Source of the DNA: Anaerolineales bacterium
Lineage (GTDB): Bacteria; Chloroflexota; Anaerolineae; Anaerolineales; E44-bin32
Assembly (NCBI GenBank): GCA_034430615.1
Contig: DAOUEJ010000017.1
Span: 11,079 to 75,078 of the forward strand
Direction: 5' to 3'
DNA length: 64,000 nucleotides
A program made the translations under genes and the position numbers. Below, piece by piece: positions 38,475-47,749 of the stretch; within the stretch, counting starts at the first letter, position 1; each line of letters starts with the position of its first letter. The notes under the pieces are model-generated. The model was not told where the DNA came from. It worked only from the letters and a program-made list of their open reading frames with translations, and searched no databases.

Positions 38475-39058
38475 GACTGCTCCTTCCGGTGTACCCAATG
38501 CTCCAAACCGGATGGTATCTCGTACCCATCGAGGCGATCCAGGAGCGCCTCGGGCGAGGTCTCGTTCACCAGCAACTCGATATGCTCGTGATAGATAAAT
38601 CCCTCCGACTGTGCGTGTTCGATCATGGCCAGGAGCGGGTCGAAATACGCATTCACGTTCAGCACCCCGATCGGTTTCCTGTGGAGACCGATCTGAGACC
38701 AGGTCAAGATCTCAAACAACTCGTCGAAGGTCCCGAATCCACCCGGCAGCGCCACGAAGCCATCCGCTAGCTCCACCATGCGCGCCTTGCGCTCATGCAT
38801 ATTCCCAACGACCTGCAGTTCGGTCAGTCCCGTATGCCGTAGTTCAGGTGTCTCGAACATGACCGGGATAACCCCGATGACCCGCCCGTTGTTCTGCAAG
38901 ACCGCGTCGGCCAGCCTGCCCATCAGTCCAGTTGAACCACCCCCGTAAACCAGGGTTATTGAGCGGGCGGCGAGTGCTGCGCCCATCTCGGCCGCCGCCT
39001 CCAGGTAGGCTGCATCAACGCGGTCGCTCGATCCACAGTACACGCACAAGTTCTGCAA
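38471..39058 (-). CDS. LOG-family protein (nucleotide 5'-monophosphate phosphoribohydrolase)
   Basis: CVYCGSS, YGGG..GLMG, MHERK, PGGFGTFDE. Confidence 0.92.
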   Translation of the reverse strand: MQNLCVYCGSSDRVDAAYLEAAAEMGAALAARSITLVYGGGSTGLMGRLADAVLQNNGRVIGVIPVMFETPELRHTGLTELQVVGNMHERKARMVELADGFVALPGGFGTFDELFEILTWSQIGLHRKPIGVLNVNAYFDPLLAMIEHAQSEGFIYHEHIELLVNETSPEALLDRLDGYEIPSGLEHWVHRKEQS

Positions 39059-39066
39059 CGTCGCTC

Positions 39067-39525
39067 CTAGTCTGAACCTGAATACGATTGGCCGTGAAGT
39101 GCTGTCCTGATTTCGGATGCCTGAACATCCAGCCGGGTTCGCTCCATCATGATGGGTGCCTTTGAATGGAGGGGAAAGGCAGCCCCGTCACCGACAAAAC
39201 GCGGGATGACGTGCAGATGAACGTGGGGAACGACCTGACCGGCCGCCGGTCCATCGGCTAGATAGTATCCGATCGCCTGCGCCGGCAGTGTGCTCTGCCG
39301 CAAGGTTTCGCCCAGCCGGCGGCCGAGTGAGAACACCCGCGCGCCTAAAGCCTCATCCAGCTCTCCCAGGTACGCCGCGTGCAAATTCGGGATGACGAGT
39401 AGATGACCAGGGACGATCGGGAAGAGATCCATAAAGGCAGAAACGAACTCGTCTTGGTAGATTATGCTCGCTTCGGCTTCACCGGCGGCAATCCGGCAGA
39501 AGAGGCAGTTGCTCGTAGCACCCAT
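39067..39525 (-). CDS. HIT-family hydrolase
   Basis: CLFC, PGHLLVIP, GQVVPHVHLHVIPR. Confidence 0.92.
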   Translation of the reverse strand: MGATSNCLFCRIAAGEAEASIIYQDEFVSAFMDLFPIVPGHLLVIPNLHAAYLGELDEALGARVFSLGRRLGETLRQSTLPAQAIGYYLADGPAAGQVVPHVHLHVIPRFVGDGAAFPLHSKAPIMMERTRLDVQASEIRTALHGQSYSGSD

Positions 39526-39697
39526 TCAGATTCCAGTCCTCACACGCTCGTCAGGCTGAGATCGAGAGTTCATACCCCTGGCCTCCAGCATGGTGCGCAC
39601 ATTCTACCATGGGGGTATCCGCCCTTGCCCGGGGGCTTGACGTCGGAGGCCATGCCCGTCACAATGGCTGGCATCCTGGTCGCAGGAGTTGCGCGCA

Positions 39698-40423
39698 ATG
39701 TCCGACACATTTCCTGTCCTGATCCTTAATGCCCGCCCAGCAGCCGGAAAGAGCGAGATCATCCATGCCCTGAATCAGATCCCCACACTAGAGCGTAGCG
39801 CTCGTTTCCACATCGGAGAAATGCATATCTTCGATGATTTCCCGATGCTGTGGAGTTGGTTCGAGGAGGATCGGCTACTGGAGCAGGTCTTCCACCGCCC
39901 ACGCTTATATACCTCGATAGATAGATATTTCCTGTACGACGATCTCTGGCACTTGCTCATTTGCCGCCTGGCGCTCGAATACGAAAAGTGGCAGCGTGAT
40001 GCGGATGACTCACAAACTGCCATCATTGAATTTTCGCGCGGTGCGAACCATGGGGGTTACCGGGCGGCCTATTCGCACCTGGGGGAGACGATCCTCAGCC
40101 GTAGCTCTTGCTTCTTCGTGCAGGTTTCCTATGAGGAGTCTCTCCGTAAGAACCGCGCCCGTTATAACCCCGACCGGCCAGATAGCATCCTTGAACATGG
40201 GTTATCAAACGAGAAGATGGAGCGGTTGTATCGCCAGGATGATTGGGATCAATTTACCTCCGACGACCCCGACTACCTTCGGGTAGGCAACCTGCGAATT
40301 CCCTATGTCACCTTCCAGAATGAAGACGATGTCACCACCGCAGGCGGCGATGCCCTGCTCGAGCGCCTCGAAGCAGCCTTTGATCACCTGTGGGGACTCT
40401 ACCGGCCACAGGCAGCGGTATAA
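39698..40423 (+). CDS. Hypothetical protein with Walker-A-like N-terminus (kinase-like)
   Basis: VLILNARPAAGKS; GCAGGAG SD; no family recognised with confidence. Confidence 0.68.
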   Translation: MSDTFPVLILNARPAAGKSEIIHALNQIPTLERSARFHIGEMHIFDDFPMLWSWFEEDRLLEQVFHRPRLYTSIDRYFLYDDLWHLLICRLALEYEKWQRDADDSQTAIIEFSRGANHGGYRAAYSHLGETILSRSSCFFVQVSYEESLRKNRARYNPDRPDSILEHGLSNEKMERLYRQDDWDQFTSDDPDYLRVGNLRIPYVTFQNEDDVTTAGGDALLERLEAAFDHLWGLYRPQAAV

Positions 40424-40464
40424 TCCGCCCGCAAGAAAAAACCAACGGATTGACCGGAGAGTAC

Positions 40465-41670
40465 ATGAAACGCCTTCTCATCCTCTTGCTTATCGGGATC
40501 GTCTTCCTTCCGCCCGCACTGCCTGCTGCAGCCCTGGGGACAACCGTTCAAGCGGTCCTGTTTTACTCACCAACCTGTCCTCACTGCTACCAGGTGATCA
40601 CGGTCAACATGCCCCAGATTTCACAGCAGTTCAATACCAGCGTAATCTGGAGTTATTACGGAGAGAACTACGATCCAACCAGTGAAGAAACACCCCCGCT
40701 CTTCGCCATGCAGGGTGATGCGCTGCAGGTCCTGTACGTGGATACGGCGACGGAACCGGGTAATGAACTCTTCAGCGCCGCGATTGAACGCTTCTCCGTG
40801 CCCCAATCCGACTGGGTCGTGCCGTTCATGGTGATCGGGGAAAATTACTACACCGGTGCGGTGGACATCCCTGAGCAGCTCCCGTTGATCCTTGATGCTG
40901 CAAAGCAACAGGGTGGGATCGCATGGCCGGACATCCCCGGCTTGGACGTCTATCTCGCCCAGCTGCAGCTGTTTCCGGATCAAGTCACGTCAGGAGACGA
41001 GCCTGCACCCACGCAAGATGTAGCCTCACCGACCCCTTCACCATCAGAAGAGCCTCCTGCCCCTCCGGCAATCCTCGACCGGGATCCCGCAAATTTGTCG
41101 ATCGGTGAGCGCATCATGCTCGACCCGGCCGGTAACACGCTGTCCATCGTGGCCTTGATCGGGATGCTGCTGAGCCTGATCGCAGTCGGCCTGCGCTGGA
41201 ACGGCCGTTTTTCACCAGTGGGCTCTGAACCGCTCTCAAATTGGATCCCGGTCCTGACCCTCGTGGGCCTGGGGGCTGCTGGCTACCTGGCGTATATTGC
41301 CGCAACCGGGAGCGAGGCCACCTGCGGCCCGGTCGGGGATTGCAACACCGTTGCCCAAAGCGAGTACTCCACGCTGCTCTTTGGGATCTCAAATGGCGCA
41401 CTCGGCGTAGCAGGTTATGCCCTGATCTTGATCGGTTGGGTTGCGGCTCGCTTTGCGCCGGGGAAGCTCGCAAGCTTGGCCCGGATTGGGCTCTTCGCCG
41501 CTGCGCTGGGCGGCACCCTGTTCTCGGTCTACCTAACCTTTCTCGAGCCATTCGTGATCGGTGCCAGCTGTGCCTGGTGCCTGACCTCGGCTGTGCTGAT
41601 CACAGCCTTGATGCTCCTGAGTGTCGGCCCCGCCAGGTCTGCCTATCTCGAGCAGCGACAAGGGGACTGA
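40465..41670 (+). CDS. Thioredoxin-like (CPHC) domain fused to VKOR disulfide-bond formation domain
   Basis: Signal peptide; FYSPTCPHC; Pro-rich linker; VKOR loop CGPVGDC..V..S.Y and CAWC. Confidence 0.86.
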   Translation: MKRLLILLLIGIVFLPPALPAAALGTTVQAVLFYSPTCPHCYQVITVNMPQISQQFNTSVIWSYYGENYDPTSEETPPLFAMQGDALQVLYVDTATEPGNELFSAAIERFSVPQSDWVVPFMVIGENYYTGAVDIPEQLPLILDAAKQQGGIAWPDIPGLDVYLAQLQLFPDQVTSGDEPAPTQDVASPTPSPSEEPPAPPAILDRDPANLSIGERIMLDPAGNTLSIVALIGMLLSLIAVGLRWNGRFSPVGSEPLSNWIPVLTLVGLGAAGYLAYIAATGSEATCGPVGDCNTVAQSEYSTLLFGISNGALGVAGYALILIGWVAARFAPGKLASLARIGLFAAALGGTLFSVYLTFLEPFVIGASCAWCLTSAVLITALMLLSVGPARSAYLEQRQGD

Positions 41671-41830
41671 GCATCATTTCGGGCCTGATCCGCGCAGCGC
41701 CGGGCGGCTTAATTCCTCCCGGATAGATCCCTCTTGCCCGGCGCCGGTGTATTTCCGATGTGACAATTCGCTACCTCCCGGCATCGAATGACGTAGAATG
41801 GTATTCGTTCATATATCGATGGAGGAAAAG

Positions 41831-42064
41831 ATGGGTTTCGCAAAATTTATGTCCAGTGGTGCAGGCCGATTATTACGGATCGTTGCCGGCCTGGCTTTGA
41901 TCCTGGTCGGGCTCATGGTTGTCGCCGGGACCTGGGGAATCGTGATCGCCGTGATCGGTCTGGTACCCTTCCTGGCCGGGATCTTCGACGTCTGCGTGAT
42001 CGGCAAGCTCTTCATGGGCACGCCCTTCAAGGGCGCTGAAGTCCGCGCAAAGATCGAAGAATAA
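41831..42064 (+). CDS. DUF2892 (YgaP-like) small membrane protein
   Basis: R.LRIVAG..LI..G...G.VP..AG....C pattern; GGAGG SD. Confidence 0.78.
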   Translation: MGFAKFMSSGAGRLLRIVAGLALILVGLMVVAGTWGIVIAVIGLVPFLAGIFDVCVIGKLFMGTPFKGAEVRAKIEE

Positions 42065-42133
42065 AGCCCAATTCAAGTTGTTGGAGGCAGGGGGTGGTGG
42101 GATCATCTTCACCTCCTGCCTCCTATCTTCACG

Positions 42134-42760
42134 ATGATTGAACCCCTTTACACATTTCTGACGCTGGCCACGTACGGCGTGCTTCACAGCGTGCTAGCAA
42201 CGAACCAGGCGAAGCAACTTGCAGAAAGCAAGCTTGGCTCCAGTGGCCGACGCTTCTACCGCATCACTTACAACCTGCTGGGCGGGTTGACGTTTCTGCC
42301 CGTGCTAGCTGTTACGGCGGCCTATCCCGGTGCGGAGATCTACCGCATCCCATGGCCCTGGACCGTGCTTTCCAGCCTCGGACAGGTCCTTGCAGTAAGC
42401 CTGCTGCTGGCCGGCTTGCAGCAAACTGATCCGTGGCGTTTCCTTGGGCTGCGTCAGTTGGTTGAAAGCCCTGCATCGCCCGGCCCTTCGCTCACAATCA
42501 CCGGCCCTTATCGTTACGTGCGTCACCCGCTCTACAGCGCAGGTCTGCTCTTCATCTGGCTCACGCCGCTGATGACGACCAGCATCCTGGCGTTGAACAT
42601 CGGGATAACACTCTACCTATACATCGGGAGTATCTTCGAGGAACGCCGGCTCGAACGGGAGTTGGGTCCGGCCTATGCCGACTACCGCCGGCAGGTGCCG
42701 CGCTTGATGCCATGGCGAATATGGAGAAGGTCGGAGACACTGCCTCAGCATTCGGAATAG
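42134..42760 (+). CDS. Isoprenylcysteine carboxyl methyltransferase (ICMT/NnrU-like) family membrane protein
   Basis: GVLHS.LA, L.ITGPYRYVRHPLY, EERRL..E.G..Y..YR..VP. Confidence 0.8.
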   Translation: MIEPLYTFLTLATYGVLHSVLATNQAKQLAESKLGSSGRRFYRITYNLLGGLTFLPVLAVTAAYPGAEIYRIPWPWTVLSSLGQVLAVSLLLAGLQQTDPWRFLGLRQLVESPASPGPSLTITGPYRYVRHPLYSAGLLFIWLTPLMTTSILALNIGITLYLYIGSIFEERRLERELGPAYADYRRQVPRLMPWRIWRRSETLPQHSE

Positions 42761-42866
42761 GGAACTTGAGGCGATATGCTTTACTGGATTGGCCTATCGG
42801 TTATTGATTTTAGTTTGTTATCATTCCTCTGTGTGTAACCCAATCGACATTAGACCAGGAAAATCG

Positions 42867-43196
42867 ATGGAAAAACACTACATCTACTTCGAAGACCTCG
42901 CCGAACTGGCACCGGACGTGCCATCGGATTCGATCCTCAGCCGCACTTTCCATGAGGACGAGCATCTAAAAGCGATCCTCTTCTCCTTCGCCGCCGGGCA
43001 GGAGCTATCCGAGCATACGGCCTCCCAACCGGCGATCCTGCACTTCCTGCAAGGTGAGGCAGATCTCAAGCTGGGCCCCGAGGAGCAGAAGGCAGGACCC
43101 GGCACCTGGGTCCGGATGCCGGCCAGGCTGCCGCACAGTGTGCATGCGCGCACGCCAGTTACGATGCTGCTCCTGCTGTATAAATCGCAATCGTAA
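42867..43196 (+). CDS. Cupin-domain protein
   Basis: FSFAAGQELSEHT...G.W..MPA.LPHSV.A. Confidence 0.83.
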   Translation: MEKHYIYFEDLAELAPDVPSDSILSRTFHEDEHLKAILFSFAAGQELSEHTASQPAILHFLQGEADLKLGPEEQKAGPGTWVRMPARLPHSVHARTPVTMLLLLYKSQS

Positions 43197-43332
43197 TCAC
43201 AAGCACATCAGACCAACCTGATCTATGCTGCCTGCTCGGTTGAGCGATCACCCGCACGAATTTAGAGTGAGACAAATGTAAGCGCTAGGGCTGATCGTTG
43301 TTCACCCCCACCGGCATCAATCAAATTCCTCA

Positions 43333-43406
43333 CGCAGCCCCATCCCGCTCAAACGCGCGCGGATTAGACCCCGCGCTCCGCGTGAGCCAACCGCCGCCAG
43401 TACGAC
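43333..43406 (-). repeat. Orphan copy of the 3' end of the GT2 gene (direct repeat of 44799-44872)
   Basis: 74-bp ungapped alignment, 64/74 identical; 9 of 10 differences are synonymous in the GT2 frame. Confidence 0.9.
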
Positions 43407-43600
43407 GGTTATCGCAAACTGCCGCCTTCCTTTTATGGATGTTGCCAGTCAGCCTTACGTCTTTAGTAGCCGTGCTCACTAGTTCAATTTTCCTTTGCCT
43501 GGGGTGCACACCATCATTTTTCGCGCTATGCTGGGGCGTAACACGCAGCACTTTATGAAAGTACTTTCTTGAACGAGGTCTTTGAATGCGCCGCCAGTTC

Positions 43601-44740
43601 ATGTTTTCCTTGAAGAACCTACCTTAACGATGGTCTCCTTCGTGGAAGCGGGCTTCAGCTACTTTCTTAATTCTAAGGATTGGATTGAGCCTCTGGTTCC
43701 TGGTCATCGATGCACTTGGCCTTATGGAATCCGCGAGCGGGATCCCCGCCTTGGAAGGCCTCGAGTTAGCCACAGCTGGTTTTCGCCGGCTCTGGATCGA
43801 CGAATGGCTGCGCTGGGACAGCGTCCACTATCTGCGGATCGCCCAATTTGGGTACGCCGGGGATGAACGGTCGGGCTTCTTTCCTCTCTACCCCTTACTT
43901 GGCCGCGGTTTCGGCTGGCTCTTCGGCGGGGATGCGTGGCTCGGCCTGTTGGTCGTCAGCAATATGGCTGCTTTACTCTCGTTCTACCTTCTGGATCGTT
44001 GGATGGTCTCGCTAGGACGGGAACAGCAGGCGCCATGGGCTCTGGCAGGACTGGCGATGTTTCCCACAGCGTTTTTCCTGGTTGCGGGGTATCCGCACTC
44101 CCTCCTCCTAATGCTTGTCTTTCTCGGGATTTGGAACATGGCGCGCGTGCATTGGACGCTGACTCTCCTCAGTGGTCTGGCTGCTGGTTTGACACACTCA
44201 ACAGCCTTACCGCTCTCGTTCCTGTTTGCCTTTTGGCCAGGCCTGCGCCGATCCTACGGCCGCTACCTCAGCGCCCTTGGCTCACTGCTTGGAATCGCGG
44301 CGTTCCTGGCCTAGCGGGTGGGCGAAGGCTTCCCCCCTATGGTGAACTGCTCCGATCGATCTGGGGGCGGCAGTGGATCGCTCCCTGGTCTGCACTGCTG
44401 CAAGCCCAGGAGGGCTTGGGCTGGCCAGTCCTATTGTTCGATCGTGGCCGAACATTCTTATCGCTCTGGTTTCTATCTGCGCAATCGCCTGGGCTGCCAA
44501 GAACCTATCCCTACGGCACATACTTTACCAGGCAAGCCGGTCGTACTGCTTCTTGCAATCGGAACCCGGCATGAATTTTTAGCCAGGATTGGCCGCTACG
44601 CACTCTCGGGATATCCGCTATTCGCTGCGCTGCCCGGGTTATACGGGTCAGGCCGCAAACGACTGCTTGCTCTCGCACTATCGGGGACAATCCAACTCTA
44701 CCTGGCAGGGCTGTTTGTACTCTGGGCTTTCATAGGCTGA
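43601..44740 (+). pseudogene. GT-C mannosyltransferase (PIG-V-like) pseudogene
   Basis: RWDSVHY..IA..GY and FFPLYP motifs. In-frame TAA at 43625 and TAG at 44312. The C-terminal half reads only by switching frames near 44337, 44439 and 44540. Confidence 0.8.
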
Positions 44741-44767
44741 ACTCAACGGACCTATGCTGCACAAGCT

Positions 44768-45835
44768 CTATGCCACTGCCCACCAATCCACGCCCTCGCG
44801 CAGCCCCATCCCACTCAAACGCTCGCGGATCAGGCCTCGCGCCCCGCGCGAACCAACCGCTGCCAGGACGACTGGCCTGGCGTGCTGCGCCAGGAGCTGT
44901 GGGAGATCTTGCGGGGGATAGACCGGGCGGCCGCGCTTTTCGCGTCCGATCTTGGACGGATCGATATCGATGAAAGCGCGCAGCGGAGCGCCCTCGCGGT
45001 CGAGGTGTTTGGCGATGCGTCGCCCCATTTGACCCGCGCCCCAGATGATGAGCCCATCGCACTCACGCAGGGGCCCCAGTACCAGGTAGTGTGACTTTGC
45101 GCGCAGGAACTGCTCCACTGCGTAGTGCGAATCCGTGCGCGTGAGCCGGTCTGCGTGCTCTCGCCAGTAGAGCAGCACCTCCGGGACCTTGGCAAAACGC
45201 GCCCCGGCCAGGTAGAGCCGCAGCCAGAGATCGTAATCCTCCGGCCAGCCGCGCTCCTGATAACCGCCAAGGTCCTGCACCCAACGGCGTCGATATGTAA
45301 CCGATGGGTGAGCAAGCGGGCTCTCGATGAAGATTTCACGCACGATCGACTCGTGATCGACGAGCCGGTTCAGCCAACCAAGGTATGCCTGGAAGCCTCC
45401 GCCCACATCACCTTCGGGGAAGCCCTCCACCAGGCTCCCGACGACCGTCAGTTCGTGATTGGTATTCATCATCTCGACCTGGCGCTCGAGCCGTTCCGGA
45501 TGGGCGCGGTCATCAGCGTCCAGGCGCGCCACCAGAGCCCCCCGGCATGCCGACAAACCCGCGTTCAGCGCCGGAATAATTCCGGTATGCTCACGCCTAA
45601 TCACACGCACGCGTGGATCACGACCGGCCCAGCCCTGTAAACGTAGAAATGTCTCATCCCGCGAGCCATCATCCACTACCACGATCTCAAAGTCCGGGAA
45701 TGTACCCTCGAGCAGCGATTGGATCGCCACGTCCAGCGTGGCTGCTGCGTTGTAGCAGGGCATGAGCACCGAGACCTGTGGAGCGGGTGTGCTATCATCT
45801 GCTCGGTTGCGAAATTCGCTGGAGGGCTGACCCAT
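44768..45835 (-). CDS. Glycosyltransferase family 2 with C-terminal Rossmann-like domain
   Basis: VSVLMPCYN, VVDDGS, ARLDADD, EDYDLW; C-terminal IIWGAGQMG...FIDID. The ORF-track extension to 46414 is antisense to mscS. Confidence 0.86.
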   Translation of the reverse strand: MGQPSSEFRNRADDSTPAPQVSVLMPCYNAAATLDVAIQSLLEGTFPDFEIVVVDDGSRDETFLRLQGWAGRDPRVRVIRREHTGIIPALNAGLSACRGALVARLDADDRAHPERLERQVEMMNTNHELTVVGSLVEGFPEGDVGGGFQAYLGWLNRLVDHESIVREIFIESPLAHPSVTYRRRWVQDLGGYQERGWPEDYDLWLRLYLAGARFAKVPEVLLYWREHADRLTRTDSHYAVEQFLRAKSHYLVLGPLRECDGLIIWGAGQMGRRIAKHLDREGAPLRAFIDIDPSKIGREKRGRPVYPPQDLPQLLAQHARPVVLAAVGSRGARGLIRERLSGMGLREGVDWWAVA

Positions 45836-46667
45836 GGACTTCACCAACTTTTCATCCGAGGCCTTGCTCAAGTCGATTGTCGACTTCTTGCCCAATCTCG
45901 GCCTGGCGCTGTTGATCCTACTCATCGCTCGCCTGATCTCGCGCTGGGGGACGAAGCTCGTGCGCGGAGCCCTGGAGAAGCGCAAGCGCGACCCGGAGTT
46001 GATTGTACTCCTCGAGTTCCTCACCCGCTGGGGCATCCTGGGTGTCGGGATCGTCTGGGCAATCGAGCAGATCGTACCGGGGCGTTTCGGCACGCTGCTG
46101 GCTGGGTTAGGTGTGGTGGGTGTCTCCCTCGGTTTTGCACTCCAGGATGTGGCCAAGAACTTCCTGGCCGGCATCCTTCTGCTCCTCACCAGCCCCTTCA
46201 ATATCGGCGACACGATCCAGGTGAGTGGGTTTACCGGAAAGGTGCTGGCGATCAACTTCCGCTCAACCGAGCTGCGTGAGGTCGATGGCCGTTTCGTCAT
46301 CATCCCCAACGCCGATGTCTTTGTCAACCCGATCGTCAACTTCAGCCGGGCCCCACGCCGGCGTGTGAGCCTCCCGCTCGGCATCACGATCGATACCGAT
46401 CTCGATCTTGCCACGCGCGCCGCGTTTGAGGCTGTTTCCAGGGTTCCCGGCTTTATCGCTGATCCCGGCCCCCAGCTTCTTTTCGAAGCTTTTCAGGATT
46501 CAGTCATCCAGAGTACGCTCTTCTATTGGATCGATTCGAAAAACTTCGATTACACAGATGCGCAGACCGCCGGCGCCCGGGCTGTAAATGAGGCTTTCAA
46601 AGCCGCCGGGATTGGCATGCCCTACCCGACCGTGGAAGTCACCATGCTCGAGAACCCGACACACTGA
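45834..46667 (+). CDS. mscS: Small-conductance mechanosensitive channel family protein
   Basis: G..GV.LGFALQD...NF.AG, PF.IGD.I, IPN..VF...IVNFS; GGAGG SD. Confidence 0.9.
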   Translation: MDFTNFSSEALLKSIVDFLPNLGLALLILLIARLISRWGTKLVRGALEKRKRDPELIVLLEFLTRWGILGVGIVWAIEQIVPGRFGTLLAGLGVVGVSLGFALQDVAKNFLAGILLLLTSPFNIGDTIQVSGFTGKVLAINFRSTELREVDGRFVIIPNADVFVNPIVNFSRAPRRRVSLPLGITIDTDLDLATRAAFEAVSRVPGFIADPGPQLLFEAFQDSVIQSTLFYWIDSKNFDYTDAQTAGARAVNEAFKAAGIGMPYPTVEVTMLENPTH

Positions 46668-46699
46668 CCCATAGGAAAGATCAGAGCATTCCATCCGAA

Positions 46700-46728
46700 A
46701 TGAAAAGGGCGATCTCGAGATCGCCCTT
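46700..46728 (-). terminator. Intrinsic terminator between convergent mscS and the peptide ABC operon
   Basis: Perfect 24-bp palindrome AAGGGCGATCTCGAGATCGCCCTT (46705-46728); minus strand ends in TTTTCATTT. Confidence 0.75.
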
Positions 46729-46759
46729 GGTGTCGAATCACAATGACCAGACGTCATAT

Positions 46760-47749
46760 TTATTCCACCAGATGACAGGCCACCCAATGTCCTGGTTTCG
46801 CCTCCCGATACACCGGTTCATCGACAAAACAAACATCGGTAGCCACCGGGCAGCGTGTGTTAAAGTTGCAACCCACGGGCGGGTTGGCGGGGCTGGGGAT
46901 ATCTCCCTCGAGAATTATACGCGTGCGCCGGACTGCGACATCTGGATCCGGAATGGGCACTGCCGACATTAGTGCCTGCGTGTAGGGATGAAGCGGATTC
47001 AAATAAATCTCATCACGATCGGTTAATTCCACGATCTTGCCCAAATACATCACTGCCATGCGATCGCTGATATGTCGGACCATGCTAAGGTCATGCGCGA
47101 TGAATAAATAGGTCAATCCGAGCTTTTCCTGTAATTCTTCCAACAAGTTGACCACCTGCGCCTGGATGGAGACATCCAGAGAGGAGATCGGCTCGTCACA
47201 GATGACCAGATCGGGGTTCAGTGCCAGGGCACGGGCGATGCCAATGCGCTGCCGCTGCCCGCCGGAGAACTCATGCGGATAGCGGTTGACGAAGTAAGGG
47301 TTGAGACCTACCATTTGCAGAAGGTCTTGCACGCGATCGTGCTTCTCTTTTCCGCGAGCAATGTTATGCACTTCAAGGGGTGCAGCGATGATGGAACCCA
47401 CGGTCATGCGCGGGTTCAATGAGGCGTAAGGATCCTGAAAGATCATTTGCATCTGCCGACGCATTCGGCGCAAATCTCCACCGGTCACATCCGCTAAATT
47501 GACTCCACCGACGATAATCGCTCCGTCCGTCGGTTCATACAATCTAAGGATGGTCCGCCCTACTGTCGTCTTCCCGCAACCCGTTTCACCGACCAGCCCG
47601 AGCGTCTCGCCCTTGATGATGTCAAAACTGACGTCATTTACAGCTTTGATATCACCAACATGACGTTCAATGATAGTCCCCCGCATGATGGGGAAATATT
47701 TCTTCAGATTGCGGACTGAAACCAAGGAACCATTCCCGCCGCTCATCAT
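46760..47749 (-). CDS. Dipeptide/oligopeptide ABC ATP-binding protein (DppF/OppF-like)
   Basis: [35 protein letters not shown]..; ATGA overlap with the DppD-like gene. Confidence 0.93.
   Translation of the reverse strand: MMSGGNGSLVSVRNLKKYFPIMRGTIIERHVGDIKAVNDVSFDIIKGETLGLVGETGCGKTTVGRTILRLYEPTDGAIIVGGVNLADVTGGDLRRMRRQMQMIFQDPYASLNPRMTVGSIIAAPLEVHNIARGKEKHDRVQDLLQMVGLNPYFVNRYPHEFSGGQRQRIGIARALALNPDLVICDEPISSLDVSIQAQVVNLLEELQEKLGLTYLFIAHDLSMVRHISDRMAVMYLGKIVELTDRDEIYLNPLHPYTQALMSAVPIPDPDVAVRRTRIILEGDIPSPANPPVGCNFNTRCPVATDVCFVDEPVYREAKPGHWVACHLVE

Noticed and set aside
45836-46414. 193-aa N-terminal extension of the GT2 ORF in the track
   Set aside because: Lies wholly antisense to the well-supported mscS and has no GT-like features.
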